63,628 bases of DNA, filler included, from Saprolegnia diclina VS20 (GCF_000281045.1; 7 parts of 3 records of this genome joined end to end with filler, not necessarily neighbours in it); one strand, 5' to 3'; shown: positions 36,061-49,126, counted from the first letter of the whole stretch. Made by a program: numbers and translations. Notes: generated from the letters alone by a model not told the origin.

Positions 36061-36390
36061 CCTGGAGGTCTGCAGCGAGGCAACGCCACGAGCCGCTCCG
36101 AGGTTGCGTCATCCCGTTCAACCAACAAACGTTTCTGCAAAACTGATGGCTCTACTACGTGACAGTACATTTTAGCATCGCAGGTGACGCAGCGACCTAC
36201 GCGGTCGAGGTGGGTTCTGTGCACGTTAACTTGTGCTCCACTCGCTCGCGGTTTGCAGCCTCAAGCACGTCCAAGCTGCGAGGCCCGTGCGCACGACGGA
36301 CGGTCGCAGAGGACGCGACGAGGCGGCCGTTTCGAATACCGACCAATCGCAACGACGCTTGGATACGGCAGCGTAGCCAGTACGTGGCAG

Positions 36391-38123
36391 ATGCTCAAGA
36401 AGCCCAAGCTACGGTCGTCCAGCGACGACGCTGTGTGCAACCTCTCAGTACGTTCATGCTGTGACAGTGCGCGCTGAGAATCGTTCGTAGCATCGCGATC
36501 TGACGACCGAGGCGTGCGAGCGCGCACTCGGAGGGTTTCGCGCTGCGCGGCGCCTCGACCTGTCCCACAACCAGCTGAGTACGACATCAACGTTATGCAT
36601 CGCACATGAGTATCAAGGTTCCTCTAGGCTCGCTGCCCCACAAAACGCTCGAAAGCCACCTTGTGGAGCTCCACGTCGGCTTCAACTGCCTCCGCAACAT
36701 CGAGGCGGTCGCTGGGCTGGCGCATTTGCAGTAGTTCTCAGCAGTCTCTATACGCTGGGTTCACAAAGGGGTCTAGGGTCCTCGACTTGAGCTACAACAA
36801 GCTGGACCAAGTCGACGTCTTGGTCTACTGCTCGGCGCTCCAGACACTCAAACTCCAAGGCAACCGGTACGACGCTCGTCCGTGACCCGCACGGCACTAG
36901 ATCACGTAGGCTGACCAACTCGCGAGGCATTGACGGGCTCAAGCAGCTCCACGACCTCGACCTCTCGGACAACATCATCGAAGCGTACGTTTTGCGGCTC
37001 CTTTGGATTTGAGCCATAGTGGCTGCAGACCAGATGCGATCCGCGGACTCTCGCTCAACGTGGCACTGCGCACGCTCGCGCTGGAGGTGCGCGAGTGGCT
37101 GGGTTTGAAATGACAGTAGTTCACAGGGCAACCCGGTCGCGACGCTGCGAGACTACCGCGTCTTCGTACTCGATTTGGTACCCGGCCCTTTACCTTACAG
37201 GCAATACAAATGTCGTGTGGGGTAGCTACCCTCTGTGGCAATGCTCGATGGCAAGAGGTGGGTTGCCGCCGCAAGAGCCCGACATGTAGTTTCGCTGCGC
37301 GTAGACAGAGCTGTCAGCAGCTCACCCGCGGCGTCTCCAAAGAGCGCACAACCTACGGTACATTCTCGCACCAAGTTCTTACTGATGCATTGATGGTCAG
37401 CCCACTTGTACGACTCGAAGAAGACCTTCAAGTGCATGCAGTCTACGGGCCGAGGGGCAATGACGACGACGTTGGCGAGATCGGTGACGCCACCAATGAT
37501 ACTGCCACGTCCCCGCCTCGTCGGACATTGCGTCTCCGGCTATCGCTGACCACGGTATCATGCGTAGATCCCGATCCCCACCGACGACGACGACGACGAG
37601 AAGCAGCGCGAGAGTACCAAACCGCGAGCGTATGTCGCGGCGCGGATTCCGCCCCAGCCGCAGACGTACGCCGCCCTCAAGTCGGCGCATGCGAGCAAGC
37701 TCAAAGCGACGCGCCAGAAGCCCGCGACGACGAGCGAGAGCAGCACGTATGTCAGCCTCTTTGACCGTCTCGCGGTCGCCAACGGCGTGCCGGACCGGGA
37801 AGCGCGTCGACCACCGAGTTCGCCGAAAGCCAAGCGGACGGTGAAAACATTGGTGCGGACCAAGCGCAAGAATGTGATCTCGCCCGCCAAGGACAAGCTA
37901 CACACACGTACGCCTGCTGGGCCTACCACCTACTAATGCGGATGGCGTAGCGAGCGCGGCGCCTCTCGTGCTGCGGCAGCTCCATTTTGAGCCGACGCCA
38001 CGTCGTGCCGAGCCGAGTGCCGAGACGCTCAACCCGTCGCAGATGCGGGTGCTCGATGTCATCCAAGGACTGATCGCGCACAAACGACAGACGATCGCTG
38101 CGCTCGAAAGTTCACTGAGCTGA
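36391..38123 (+). CDS. Leucine-rich repeat protein (SDS22-like LRRs + LRR cap)
   Basis: LDLSHNQL, LHVGFNCL, LDLSYNKL, LKLQGNR, LDLSDNII, GNPVATLRDYR; many short introns. Confidence 0.75.
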
Positions 38124-38527
38124 TGATCGAAGCGCTGATAGCTACGGCAGCGCATCTGCTCGTGTAGATACCACTTGGATATACTCTCGTGCCAGTTATA
38201 TACACCTCGGATACTAGCCTCACAACATGGAGATCGATCTAGTATCGGTAGAGTCGTCGACGCGGAGAAGGGATGGCGCTGCTCACGTGCCAGTCGTCGG
38301 CGCCTGGCTCTCATCGAACTGCCATCTGCCGGCGCGGTCGATGCTGGTGGCACGGAACGGGCAAAGTGGGTGCATTTATATTATATGACGTCGTTTTTGT
38401 ATGTTGAGCTCCGAAATGCGAATAAAAAGAGGCGTCGTGACACACGAGGATTGAAGCCCAATGAGATGCGGGAAAGGCCATCGCGACTGTACACTTTAGG
38501 TTTGCTGCTCAGTGAATCAAGCCCCAC

Positions 38528-39137
38528 ATGCGCCCCTCGGCATGTATCGCGGCCGTCGCCTTCGCGGCAGCCGTCGTGAATGCCCAGATCTCGACTGCGC
38601 CAACGCCCTTGGACAATAACAGCACGACGAGTGCACCTGTGGTCGACACCAACACGAGTGCACCGACGTTCACGCCAGCGCCGATCGATGGCGTGACGAG
38701 CACGCCGGAGCCGGTGCCGACAAACGCGACCGACGCCCCGTCAACAACGCCGACGCCGGCAACGTTGACGCCCGTCGCGTCGACACCAAGCCCTTTACCG
38801 AATGTGACGACGACGCCATCGGGCCCGACAGACGCGCCCGTGACGTTGTCGCCCTCGCCCAGCGCTACCAACGCGACTACGACCGACGCGCCTACGCCCA
38901 CAACAGCTAGCCCGCCACCGAGTAACCAAACCACCGTGCCGACGCCCACGACAGCTGAACCACTGCCGAGCCCTGCGTCGAATGAACCGGCACCGACGCC
39001 TGCTGCATCGCCGTCTTCAGCAAGCCCTACACCGTCGTCGAGCGAACCGACGCCATCGTCGAGCCCTACGCCGTCTTCGTCAAGCCCCACGCCGTCTTCA
39101 TCGAGCCCTACGCCGACGCCAGAGCCATCTTCATCGA
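38528..39137 (+). CDS. Secreted Pro/Ser/Thr-rich mucin-like protein, 3'-truncated by gap
   Basis: Signal peptide MRPSACIAAVAFAAAVVNA; NxT/S sequons; PTPSSSS heptad repeats running into the gap. Confidence 0.8.
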
Positions 39138-39237
39138 NNNNNNNNNNNNNNNNNNNNNNNNNNNNNNNNNNNNNNNNNNNNTTAATTAATTAANNNNNNN
39201 NNNNNNNNNNNNNNNNNNNNNNNNNNNNNNNNNNNNN
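39138..39237. other. Assembly gap with synthetic linker
   Basis: N44-TTAATTAATTAA-N44. Confidence 0.97.
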
Positions 39238-39666
39238 CACGTTGCTTGATTATGACGACTTTGAAGACTACGCGCCCCTTTGCCGTGGATGGTCGTGAGG
39301 CCGTGGACCAGCTGGCGAGCCACCTTGGCAACGTTCAGAGCACAACGGGACCTGGCGCCGGGCAAACGTCGCTCAAGTCGACCTTGGCGCAGTACTCCGT
39401 CTCGATAAATACTTTGTCGGCGGTGGATTCGACTAAACTCCAATTCGCACAATCTTATGTTTTCGTTTGGATTTATCATCGAGGTTTTATTGACTTGTGG
39501 AAAAGAAATACTGTCGCCGTCAGATGATAATGGCTCTGAATTGGGCAGTCCGGATGATTGCCAACTGCAACCTCCATTAATTGATATCCGGATGGCCATT
39601 TATCGGATGTGAAAGGTGGATGTTGCCGAAGATACGAATTCTTGCCAGAGGAAGAAGACAACCGAT

Positions 39667-41258
39667 ATGGAGCGCGAGGACACGGGCGACGTCCCGCTGC
39701 TGATGGACATGGCCGACGACGCCATCGAAGAAGCGCGGGAAGAGCGCATGAGCTTCATGGAGAAGTACATCACGAGCAAGATGCAGCCAGGCTCAGGTAC
39801 ATTCTCCCGGTCATGCATGATGGGACGATGGGAACCGAGCTTCCTCGTAGTCAAGGGCTCCATGTTCACGATGACCGTCTCCATCGTGGGGGCTGGCGTC
39901 CTCGCCTTGCCGTATGCAGTCAACCAGGTCGGCGTCCTCCTCGGTATCGGCATCATCCTCCTCGGCGCCTTCCTTGCCTACTACTCGCTCTTTCTTCTCG
40001 TCGTCTGCAGCGATATCTCGCATGAGACGTCGTATATGCACTTGGCTAACGCCGCGTCTGGCCCTCGGTAGATATGTCGTCTTGCCATATGCATCGGCTC
40101 ATGCGTATGCGTAGGCTGGCGATGTTTGTCCAAGGCGCCATCTGCATGAACCTTCTGGGAACCTCGGTTGGCTTTTTCGTTGCGAGCTCGGAGCTCATTC
40201 TTCTCGTTGTCAAGGTACCTGCGCTATCGCTCTCTATTTTTTGCTCGCTCAATATGCTTGCTACGTAGCCAACGCAGTACTTTGGCGCCATTGAAATGGG
40301 CTCGGACCGGGACACACGCAACGCGCTCATCGGCGCGCTCTGTCTTTGCTTCGTGTACCCGCTCTCGCTCTTCCGGTCGCTCTCGTCGCTGCGCTTCTCG
40401 TCGCTCTTCTCGATCCTGTGCATTGTCTTTTTGACCATCACAGTCGTCGCCAAGTACTTTCAGTTCGCGCACCTCGGGTTCGCGCCCGACTTTTGGTACC
40501 AGTGCAAGCACCTGACCATGTTCAACTTTAAGCCATCCCGGATTCTCACGGCCGTGCCACTCGTGGTATTTGCCTACACGTGTCATCCGAACGTGCTGCC
40601 CATTTACCTTCAGCTCAAGCGACGCTCGAGCCCCCGCATGTACAAGGTTGTCGTTTCGAAGTAAGTTCATGCAATTCATTTCGCTTTGTAGGTTGCGCGC
40701 CGTAGCTTGGGTGTGGCGAGTCTCGTCTACTTGGCGCTGAGCGTGTTTGCGGTCTTCACCTTTGGCGACGCAACGCGGTCGAATTTTCTCGAAAACGACT
40801 ACCACGGCGACGCTGCGATCACAGCAGGCTGCATCTTCCTCGGCGTCTCAATCGTCGTGACGACACCGCTCTACATCCACACGCTGCGCAACTGCATCAA
40901 TGAGGTGTGCTCTATCCCCTCCGTACTTTCTCACGTGCGGAATTAGGCCATTTGGGGCAACGCTGGGAGCACCGTGCGCCATGTCCTTCTAACGACGCTC
41001 CTTGTTGCGATTGCCGTGACGCTTGCGCTGCTCGCAACCGACATTGCTTCGGTGCTCGGCATCCTCGGCGCGACGACCAACCCAATCATTTGCTTTGTCA
41101 TGCCGGCGTTCTACATTTGTCAACTCGGTGACGCGTCGCTGATTTGCCACAAGTACACGGCGGTCACCATTTGTCTCTTGCTGTGCGCGCTCTCGGGCTG
41201 CAGCTTATTCCAGCAGCTGCACCACACACCAACGCAGAGCAGCGGGTTCTTTGATTAG
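39667..41258 (+). CDS. Amino acid/auxin permease (AAAP/SLC38-like) transporter
   Basis: SIVGAGVLALPYA, FAYTCHPNV, GATTNPIICFVMP; multiple TM segments; four introns. Confidence 0.9.
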
Positions 41259-41284
41259 GAGCCATAACATAAGGATGCTGGGCA

Positions 41285-43285
41285 CTACGAACCACTTCCA
41301 TCCGTGGAGGGCCGCTCGGTCGACGCTTTGAGCTGCGAGAGCAGCGCGGACGCTTCGGTTTTCGGGGCGGCGTCGGCCAGCAACGTGCGGAGCTTGTCGA
41401 TTTGCTGCAACATCTGTTCTTTTTCCTTCTTGCTTTGCCGCGCCAAGAGCTTGGCGGCCAATACTTGCTTGTCGAGCGCCCGTAGTTTGAGATCGCGCTC
41501 GTCGATGGCTTGCTGCCATGTGACTTGCTGCACGGCCAGTTCTTGCCTAGTCATGTTCTATATATTGTCTTCCGAACACTGACAAATTGGAGGTACTTAC
41601 GCGCTTGGCCCTGGTGCAGAGGACGTCGCAACGACAACCTACGCGAGCAGCCATGCATTTGCAAGTTGAGTGGAGAAGCGCCTAGTACCTTGGCCGCCGT
41701 CGCGGCGGCAAGTGCGGCGTTCAACTCGACGATTTTTTGCGACATGGACTCTAGCACAAGTCGACTTGACAAGGTGGCGTGGTCGTCGCGAGTACCCTTG
41801 GCCTGCAGCAGGGTGTCGGTGGCTGCGCGGGCAGTCTGCGCTTCATCAGTGGCGGTTTGCAGCTGCTTCTCAAGGGCTCGTAGCTGCGCATGCAGATGGG
41901 ACCGGTCGAGACACCATTTCTTTTGCTGATCTTCAAGCTGCGTTTGGAGGTCGATTTCGTGCGCGTGCATGGCTTTGATGCGTTCGAGGAGGTCGAGCTT
42001 TTCGCGATCGCTCTGTGCCACATCGTTGGCATGGGCTTCCTTGAAAAAGACGAGCTCGGCTTCGGCTTGCGCTCGCGCCTCGCTCTCCTACGCGCAACAG
42101 CGTGACTTCTGACGCCATGAGCTAGAACCCACTTTTTCCTTTTCCTGGATGAGTTGGATCGAGTCGTGTTGGGTCTTCTCAAGTGCTTCCTTGCTCGCTG
42201 CGTACTTTTGCTTGGCCCGATCGTACTTGTCTTGAATGCTACAGCACCATGTCAGCACCGACTCTGCACATACTCGAACGAGATATTTATGTACGCCGTA
42301 AGCTGTGCAAGCTGTTGGTGCAGCGTCTCGATCTCGGTCAACTGTGCGTGGAGGTTGACATCTTTGGACGCAATAGCAATGCGAAGTCGGTCCACTTCTT
42401 CTTGAAGGGTCTTGACAGCTTCCTACCGCAGAGCTCCTCGGTTAGGTGCACCCTTGACGGCGAGGATCGCACCGCGTCGTTGGCGGCGATAGACTTGGCC
42501 TCGCCGTCCTCGCACACGTCGCCGTTGTCTTGGGGCGACACTTCCTCTTTGGCGTTGGAGGTCATCGCTGCTTTGGTCGACTTGAGGCTTTGAACAGCGC
42601 GCTTGTATTTCTTATCTAGATCGAGAAACTCGAGCTCGAGCTCCTCGCGAGTCTTGGGCCGGAATCGCTTGGGGCCACTGAGTGTCTTTTTGAGCACAAA
42701 TTCGTTCACCTATGGTACGGCTTCTGTCAGTGGAATGCACCATGCGAGTCTCGTGTACAAGCGGCAACGAGTCTTGGAACTCGGGGGCTTTGGTCGCGAG
42801 CGCCTCTTTGAGGACGTCGATGAGCAAATCTTGCTCGCGCTGCTTCTTGCGCAAGCTTTGGATGAGTGCGGACCGGCGGTGTTCGTTGTCTTGCGCCTTC
42901 ATGACACCCACTTGCTCTTGCAGCTGGTGGATCGACTTCATGAGCGATCGGACTTTTTGCGAATGAATGTTGTTGAGCGCTTGCGTCTTGGCTAAAGACA
43001 CATATGGTTCCGCATGCGAGAGCAGAACGAATGAGATCACCTTCGAGAAGCGCGTTCGTGCCATCGCCACTCTCGACAAGGCTCTGGAGCTCGAGCAGCT
43101 TCTTGAGCTCCTTCTCACGCTGCTGCTGCTCGGCAATGGTTTTTTGCGCTTCGGCCAGCGCACGCTAGACACACGCAGCATTGTCGGCGAGGCCCTCCTG
43201 TACTAGTACCCCGTACCTGGGTCTGCTTGAGCGGATCCTGGGCTCCGCTCTCGGGCCTTTTGCGCTCGGTCGCTGCTGCGCGCAT
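41285..43285 (-). CDS. Long coiled-coil protein
   Basis: Spliced heptad-rich exons (NNIHSQKVRSLMKSIHQLQEQ..RSALIQSLRKKQREQDLLIDVLK; FRPKTREELE). Confidence 0.65.
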
Positions 43286-43809
43286 GCTAGCTCCGTTTAA
43301 ATCTCGAACGTTTCAACCCACCGTACCCTCACCTCTGTGCACAAGGCAAGCTATAACAACTCACCGCTGAGGTGGAATGCTCGATCCGGCGCGTTGTCAT
43401 GTAGATGAACCAGTGATTCGTCACCTCGTTGACCCTATAAAGGCTCCGTGGTCACGGCCAGCTGCGTTAACGCGCCAACGCCTCCCTGGGTTGTCGTTGG
43501 AACTGGACGTGGCTCGCGATCTTCAAGCGGCGCCGAAAGAGCAAAAATTAGTGTTACGCATTGGCTCCTCGTGTGGCTCTGTAGAATAGTCCAAACAAAC
43601 GTGATCACTACTGCGGTGCGCGCGCATCAATGGCTTGCATTGCATACATGCACTGCTACAGAGCGACGCGTTATACTCTCTGCGCAACCGAATAACGCTA
43701 TTCGATAGTCGCAAATAGTGTTTTATTCATCGAACTTTTTTCGCGCGATGGAAGAAAAGCGGGACTTTCAGAATCGCCACGGCTGACGCCAACACACACC
43801 GTTGATACC

Positions 43810-44661
43810 ATGGGTCTCACCAAGAGCAAGGTTGAAGCACCTCCGGTGGCACCCGCGTCGGGCCCTACGCTGGGCGCAACCCAACCATCGACAGTGACCA
43901 AAGGTGGAGCGAAGAAGAGCAAGAAGGCAGCATCCACTGTCGACGACGGCAACGAGGCACCCAAGCACGTCGACGACGACACGGGTGAAATGATCCAGCT
44001 CTTCATGTACGAGCGGTGCCCGCGCTCAATCGTGCACCACTACATTCCCGCTAACTTGCCCATGATGCCGCTTTTCACAGCGGCGTACGTCTCGGACTGC
44101 AATAACACGTGGAAGTACATCTTGGGCTCGGCGACGGACCGCATGAAGGAATTTCGCAAGTCGGGTATCATTCTCTTCTACGACGAGTTCTTCTTTCGCC
44201 TCTTCCAGCGCGACTCAACGTTCCAAGAGGTGTTTCCTGACGTGAAGCGCCGCGGCGAGATCCTCATCAAGGCGCTTACACTCATGCTCAAGTGCTCGAC
44301 CGAAGACAACGCGCGCCTCGTCAACAAGATTCGATACCTTGGCCACCGCCACCGGTTCTTTCCCAAGATCCGCGCCTACCAATTTGCCACGTACACGAGC
44401 ACGATGATCGAAGTGCTCATGTACTGGCTCGGCGAGCTTGCGACGCCCGACATTGCCGAGGCCTGGTCCAACGTCGTGTGCTTCTTCATGAAGCACATGC
44501 TCGAGTCCTTCTTGACCAACCGCGTCGATCCGTACGAGAGCTACCAAAACACGATCATCGAGCATATGCGCGCGCTGAGCGAAATCGAGCAAGACGACGC
44601 GTCCAACAAACCGTCCTCAAGTCGCTCCAGCCGCGTCTCGCGCCAATCCGTCGCGAGATAA
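43810..44661 (+). CDS. Globin-domain protein with N-terminal MGxxxS motif
   Basis: A-helix TW, B-helix FFFRLF, CD1 Phe (EVF), LGHRH proximal His, H-helix AEAW; intronless. Confidence 0.75.
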   Translation: MGLTKSKVEAPPVAPASGPTLGATQPSTVTKGGAKKSKKAASTVDDGNEAPKHVDDDTGEMIQLFMYERCPRSIVHHYIPANLPMMPLFTAAYVSDCNNTWKYILGSATDRMKEFRKSGIILFYDEFFFRLFQRDSTFQEVFPDVKRRGEILIKALTLMLKCSTEDNARLVNKIRYLGHRHRFFPKIRAYQFATYTSTMIEVLMYWLGELATPDIAEAWSNVVCFFMKHMLESFLTNRVDPYESYQNTIIEHMRALSEIEQDDASNKPSSSRSSRVSRQSVAR

Positions 44662-45097
44662 GATCGCAACACACTCGCCTCTATAGTATGACGTTAACAC
44701 GAGTGCGACGCATTTGTCAACACTAGTACGGGTCGTTAAAGCTGATGTGCCTTCAGCCGTTCCCTGGTGATGTCGGCCGACAACGGAAGGGTGCCACAGC
44801 CTCGTTAGACTCGAATCGCGAGACGTCGATTCTACGCGCCTTTATGGACGCGGGTTGAGTTCGCGTCCTAGCCAAGACGAATTTCTTCGGCCACTTGAAG
44901 TTGCACCAAACGTTCCCGCCATCTTGCCTTTCCGGATACGCGAAGAAGATAAAAATAGAACAGGCTGGCCGTATCGCATTACATACAAAATACAAGTCTA
45001 CTGGGAGCGGTTCAGGGCACGGTATCCGGATTCGTAAGCTTCGATATCGACGGTTGCTCACTACTGCAGTCGGGTGTTGGGAGCTTGGTGGTCAGAA

Positions 45098-45808
45098 ATG
45101 GGGCCGAGTGGACCTACGCCAATGGAGACTCCGATGATGACGACGACGCCGGTCCGGAAGCACATGGACCCGACGAGCGACGACGAGCGCGTGGCCGCCC
45201 TCGAGGCCGCGCTCCGGGACAAGGAGCACGAGCTGCTCGTGCTGCAGCGCAGCCACGACGAGTACGTGCACTCGAGCTGTGAGATCGAGCACGAGCTCGA
45301 GCTCGAGGTCCAGCGCCTCGAAGGCGCACGCGCCAAGGCCGACGAACAGCTGGAGAAAGCGCTGGACGATGCACGCAGCGCGCAGCAGGCCGTGCTCACC
45401 GCTAACAAGGAAGTCGTGCAACTTCAACGCGTCGTCGAGGAGCTCACGAAGACGACGAGCACGCTCAAGACCCAAGTACAAGTGCTTGAGCAGCACAACG
45501 ACGACCTCGAGCGCCGCGAGCGGGAGCTCCAAGCGTCCGTCGAAGACCTCGAGGCACGGCTCGACGACAGCATGGAGCAATACGTCTTTCTGCAGCAAGA
45601 GCGCGACGACCTGCGGAAGCAGTCGGATTTCCGGCCGCCATCAAAGCTGGCGCCGGTCACGGTCAACATGGACCTCGCCAAACCCGCGATCCCGATCGCG
45701 TTCCATGCGATCGAGTCGCCTGTGCCGCCAACGCGCCGGGTGTCGATGCCCGCCCGGGTGTACATCTCTGCTAAAAACAGTTGCGGGCCCGTATGTGCCA
45801 TCATGTAG
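45098..45808 (+). CDS. NudE/NDEL1-like coiled-coil protein ending in CAIM
   Basis: DEYVHSSCEIEHELE and LEQHNDDLERRER..SVEDLEARL match the NudE N-terminal signature; start may be 45122. Confidence 0.75.
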   Translation: MGPSGPTPMETPMMTTTPVRKHMDPTSDDERVAALEAALRDKEHELLVLQRSHDEYVHSSCEIEHELELEVQRLEGARAKADEQLEKALDDARSAQQAVLTANKEVVQLQRVVEELTKTTSTLKTQVQVLEQHNDDLERRERELQASVEDLEARLDDSMEQYVFLQQERDDLRKQSDFRPPSKLAPVTVNMDLAKPAIPIAFHAIESPVPPTRRVSMPARVYISAKNSCGPVCAIM

Positions 45809-45894
45809 TGGTACTCGACCGCCGTCCGTCGCTCTCGTTGTCCTCGTCCACGTACACTATACTCTGATCTTAGACGATACTAATATACACGCCT

Positions 45895-46891
45895 TTATTT
45901 ATTTACGGCCGCCACGTAGGTTTCAATTTCAGAGGAGCCGACCTCGGCACCCAGCGCTTGCGGCGCAACGGCGCGGGCGGCGGGACACGCCGACAGGACA
46001 CAGCGACCCAGCGAGCCCAGGCCCTGCGCACGTGACGTTGCGCCAGCAGAGTAGCAAGCGTGCCGGCGCTCGTGTGGCAGCGTAGCACGATGCGCACTGC
46101 GTCGGCACAGAGCTTCGCAACGTACTGCGCGATCGCAGCTGCCTCGTGCAGCCGCCGGGTGCGGGCCTTGCCGACGAGACGCTTCAGTAGCGCGATGACT
46201 GCTTGGCACTTGATGCGACGATGGAGGCAAAACGTGCTAGTACACGCGAGGTTGAGATGTGAACCCAAGGTTCTCGAACGTACCCATGGCGCGCCAATGA
46301 CGTGACGTATTGCCAGCGGATGACAGCAGCAGTCATCCGCCGACGCTGATTCTTGCGCAAAAGACGAAGCATGTACTACTCCACACGCGTGCAGATGGGA
46401 TGGATATGGATGTTCTGCGTCTACCGTCACGGCCCGACGGAACTGGACGACCCACGCTAATGCCGCAACTTGCTCCTCCAGCGTGTCGTGATACACGTAT
46501 CGAGCCCACTGCCGCCACACCTGGGCAGCTTAAGCCATTAGTGAACAGCAGTGCCGTCGCGGTATACCGTGCGAGTCCGAGCTCTGGCGTGGTGCCGAGC
46601 AAGCGCACGTCCCAAGGCGGTGACGGTCGTCGCGGCGTGGCGCCACACCGACAAGCCGCGAGTCAAGAGCAGACGTTGGCGGCGCAAAACGGCAATACGG
46701 AGCGTGCGATCCCGCCTATGTGTCGTGGCAGCAGTGCAGCGAGTCCACGTGTACCTCGTTCGAATGCGATGGTCGTAGATGGCTTGGTGTTTGGCAGCGA
46801 TCGCAAAGCGCCGCCAGCATTTCCAGTACGCGCGCATCGCGGGCAAAAGCACGCAACGGCGGTGCACAGCAACGAGCGTCTCCATCTTCAC
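45895..46891 (-). CDS. Possible Sfi1-like Trp-repeat protein
   Basis: Periodic basic-Trp motifs (YWKCWRRF, GLSVWRH, WRQWARY, VIRWQY, RAWARW) spread over spliced frames; exon structure unresolved. Confidence 0.4.
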
Positions 46892-47781
46892 GAGGCTGTC
46901 GACGTTTCAGCTCGAGTGGAGTGGGACGTCGACTTGGCGATCTTCGAGGGACGTGAAGACCATCAAGAAAATTCTGGGGCGTCAACAAGTTGTGACGTGG
47001 GAGTGAGCAGCGGGAGTGGGTCGTACCCCTTTGAAAAGGCAATCGGTCGCCTGATATCTGACATGCGCGTCAACATCCAGCTGTTCGGCGCGGATCATCG
47101 TGACGTGGCCGATTGCGAAATAACGCACGCGTCGCTTCTTCCTGCGTCAACAAGGGCGTCGGCCATTACTGGTAGTCGAACGACATTCGAGGTGCGTGGC
47201 CAATGCAAGCGCTTGCAGTGGTATGCTCCAGCGTCCTCTTTGCTTCCTCGTCTCGGCTACGGCACCCAGCACTTCTCGCAACGGTGGTAATATATAAACT
47301 AAGGTTACTAGGACCGGTATATATTACGGCACCAAGTGTTCTTGGTGTTCTTTGTCGACGACGATTCGTACACGTCTTCTGATTTCTTGTGTATTGATTC
47401 CGCATCGGGATGCAACAACGTACACCCAAGTGTACCGAGCGGGTTGAGGCGGGTTGAGGCGACCGACCGCGGGCGTGGTGATATAAAAAAAGCTGCCACC
47501 CACGGTCGCGACTTGGTTGACGTGCTGGCCAATTTGCGTGCCCAGCGACGGTCTAAATGTTGAGAGGATGCGCTCCCGCGACTCCATTTGTGGGGAGCCA
47601 AGTCCGCGGGGCTGTACGTGCTAGGGACGCAACAAACGGTGCCATGTCAAGCTTTCGTATGGAATGATTTCGTGTTGCAAGAATCGACTCGGGTCGGCTG
47701 CTTGGACAGTCCCACATGTCGGATTAGATGGTAAACATTTCTGATCCGCCGGAATGCGGCTTCGAGATTGCACTTTGAAAA

Positions 47782-49126
47782 ATGAGCGCCCAGCTGCTCA
47801 AGTCGTTTGTGCTCACACACGAGGAGGAGGTCGCGTTCGGCGCCCGCGCCCGGCACCTTCTCCATACCGCGTTGGCCGCAGCGCCCAAGGCGGCGCCGTC
47901 CCTCGACAAGATGGGCCTGCGTGTCTACAAGGACGACATGAAGAAGGAGTATCTCTGCACGGGGCTCGTCCACGCCAGCCTCCGCGACGTGGCCTACGCG
48001 CTCTACACGGACTGCACGCGTGACGTCAAGACCGTCGCCGCGCTTCTGCTCGGCAAGGCGTACCAAGACGCCGCCGTCTTGCGCGCACTGCAGACGCGCA
48101 CGGACGCCGACCCGTTCCAATTCGTTGGCGCCAAACTCGTGTCCATCAACAAGACGGGGATCTTTGGCAAGTCCAAGGAGCTCGTGTACCTCGAGGTAGA
48201 TCTTATTGCGTTCGATGCTGTATGGGTATTGATATTTTGTATAGTACTCTGGCACGTACGTCCCACCGGGAAGCGCGTCGTCGCCCGTGCTCTACCAGAT
48301 TCTCGAGTGGATCGATATGACCCACTACTTGTCGCCAGCCAACGTATGGCATCGCGCGATTCGCCCCGCGTGCTCGATGGTCCACCTCTTTCGCCCCGTG
48401 GCCGGCAACGCCCGCGTCGTATCGCTCTTGTCGCAAACGACCTATGCGCGCGAGGTGCCTGTGTACCTCCGCAACCTCAATACGACCGCTTCGTACTGCG
48501 ACCACGTGCAGCAGCTCTCGACGCTGCCGGCGTCGAGGCGGCTCTTGGACGGCAACTGCCTCGTCCAGCACTGGGTGCCAGAGGCCAAGGCGTGTAGCGT
48601 CTGCGCGCTCTCGTTCAAGGCGCTCCGACCAAAGTACAATTGCCGGTCCTGCGGCGACGTCATGTGCTCCAACTGCACACATCAATTGCAGGCGCCAACG
48701 ACGATCAACAAATACTGCACCAAGTGTGTGCTGGCGGCGCGGCAGCGCGAGGGTCCGCCACCGTCCGTGGCGCAAATGCCGGCGCCAGCGCCGCTCGACC
48801 GCGTCCCGACTTTTCTCTACACGGCCATGGACGATCTCGATGACGACGACGCGACGATGACGAGCTGTCAAGACCTCTTATCGCAGCGACCCGCGAACGA
48901 CCCGTTGCCCGAGACGTTTGCGCACATCGAGAAAAAGCTCGCAGAGCAGAGCTCGCTCTTGTCGTCGATGCGGGATGTGATGGAGCGAAGGCGGCAGTCG
49001 CTCGTGTCGTCGTCCGTGTCGGGCACCGAGTACGACTCGTGTGCGAGCTTTGATCCGGACAGTCTCCTCTCGCTCGGCGACGACGACGACGATGACAACA
49101 CGCGCTTTGAAGAAGTTGTCGGTTAA
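47782..49126 (+). CDS. START-like + FYVE-like zinc finger protein
   Basis: ELVYLE/YSG junction (intron ~48196-48244); WVPEAKACSVC..NCRSCGDVMCSNC..CTKC. Confidence 0.75.

Noticed and set aside
13075..46891. Apparent cluster of flagellar and microtubule genes (SF-assemblin, ZMYND10, TOG/CAP-Gly, NudE, Sfi1-like)
   Set aside because: Interspersed with unrelated genes, split by gaps, and such genes are abundant in flagellated oomycetes.
46310..47290. 326-aa + strand ORF
   Set aside because: No recognisable motifs, and the opposite strand carries the more patterned Trp-repeat sequence; not excluded outright.
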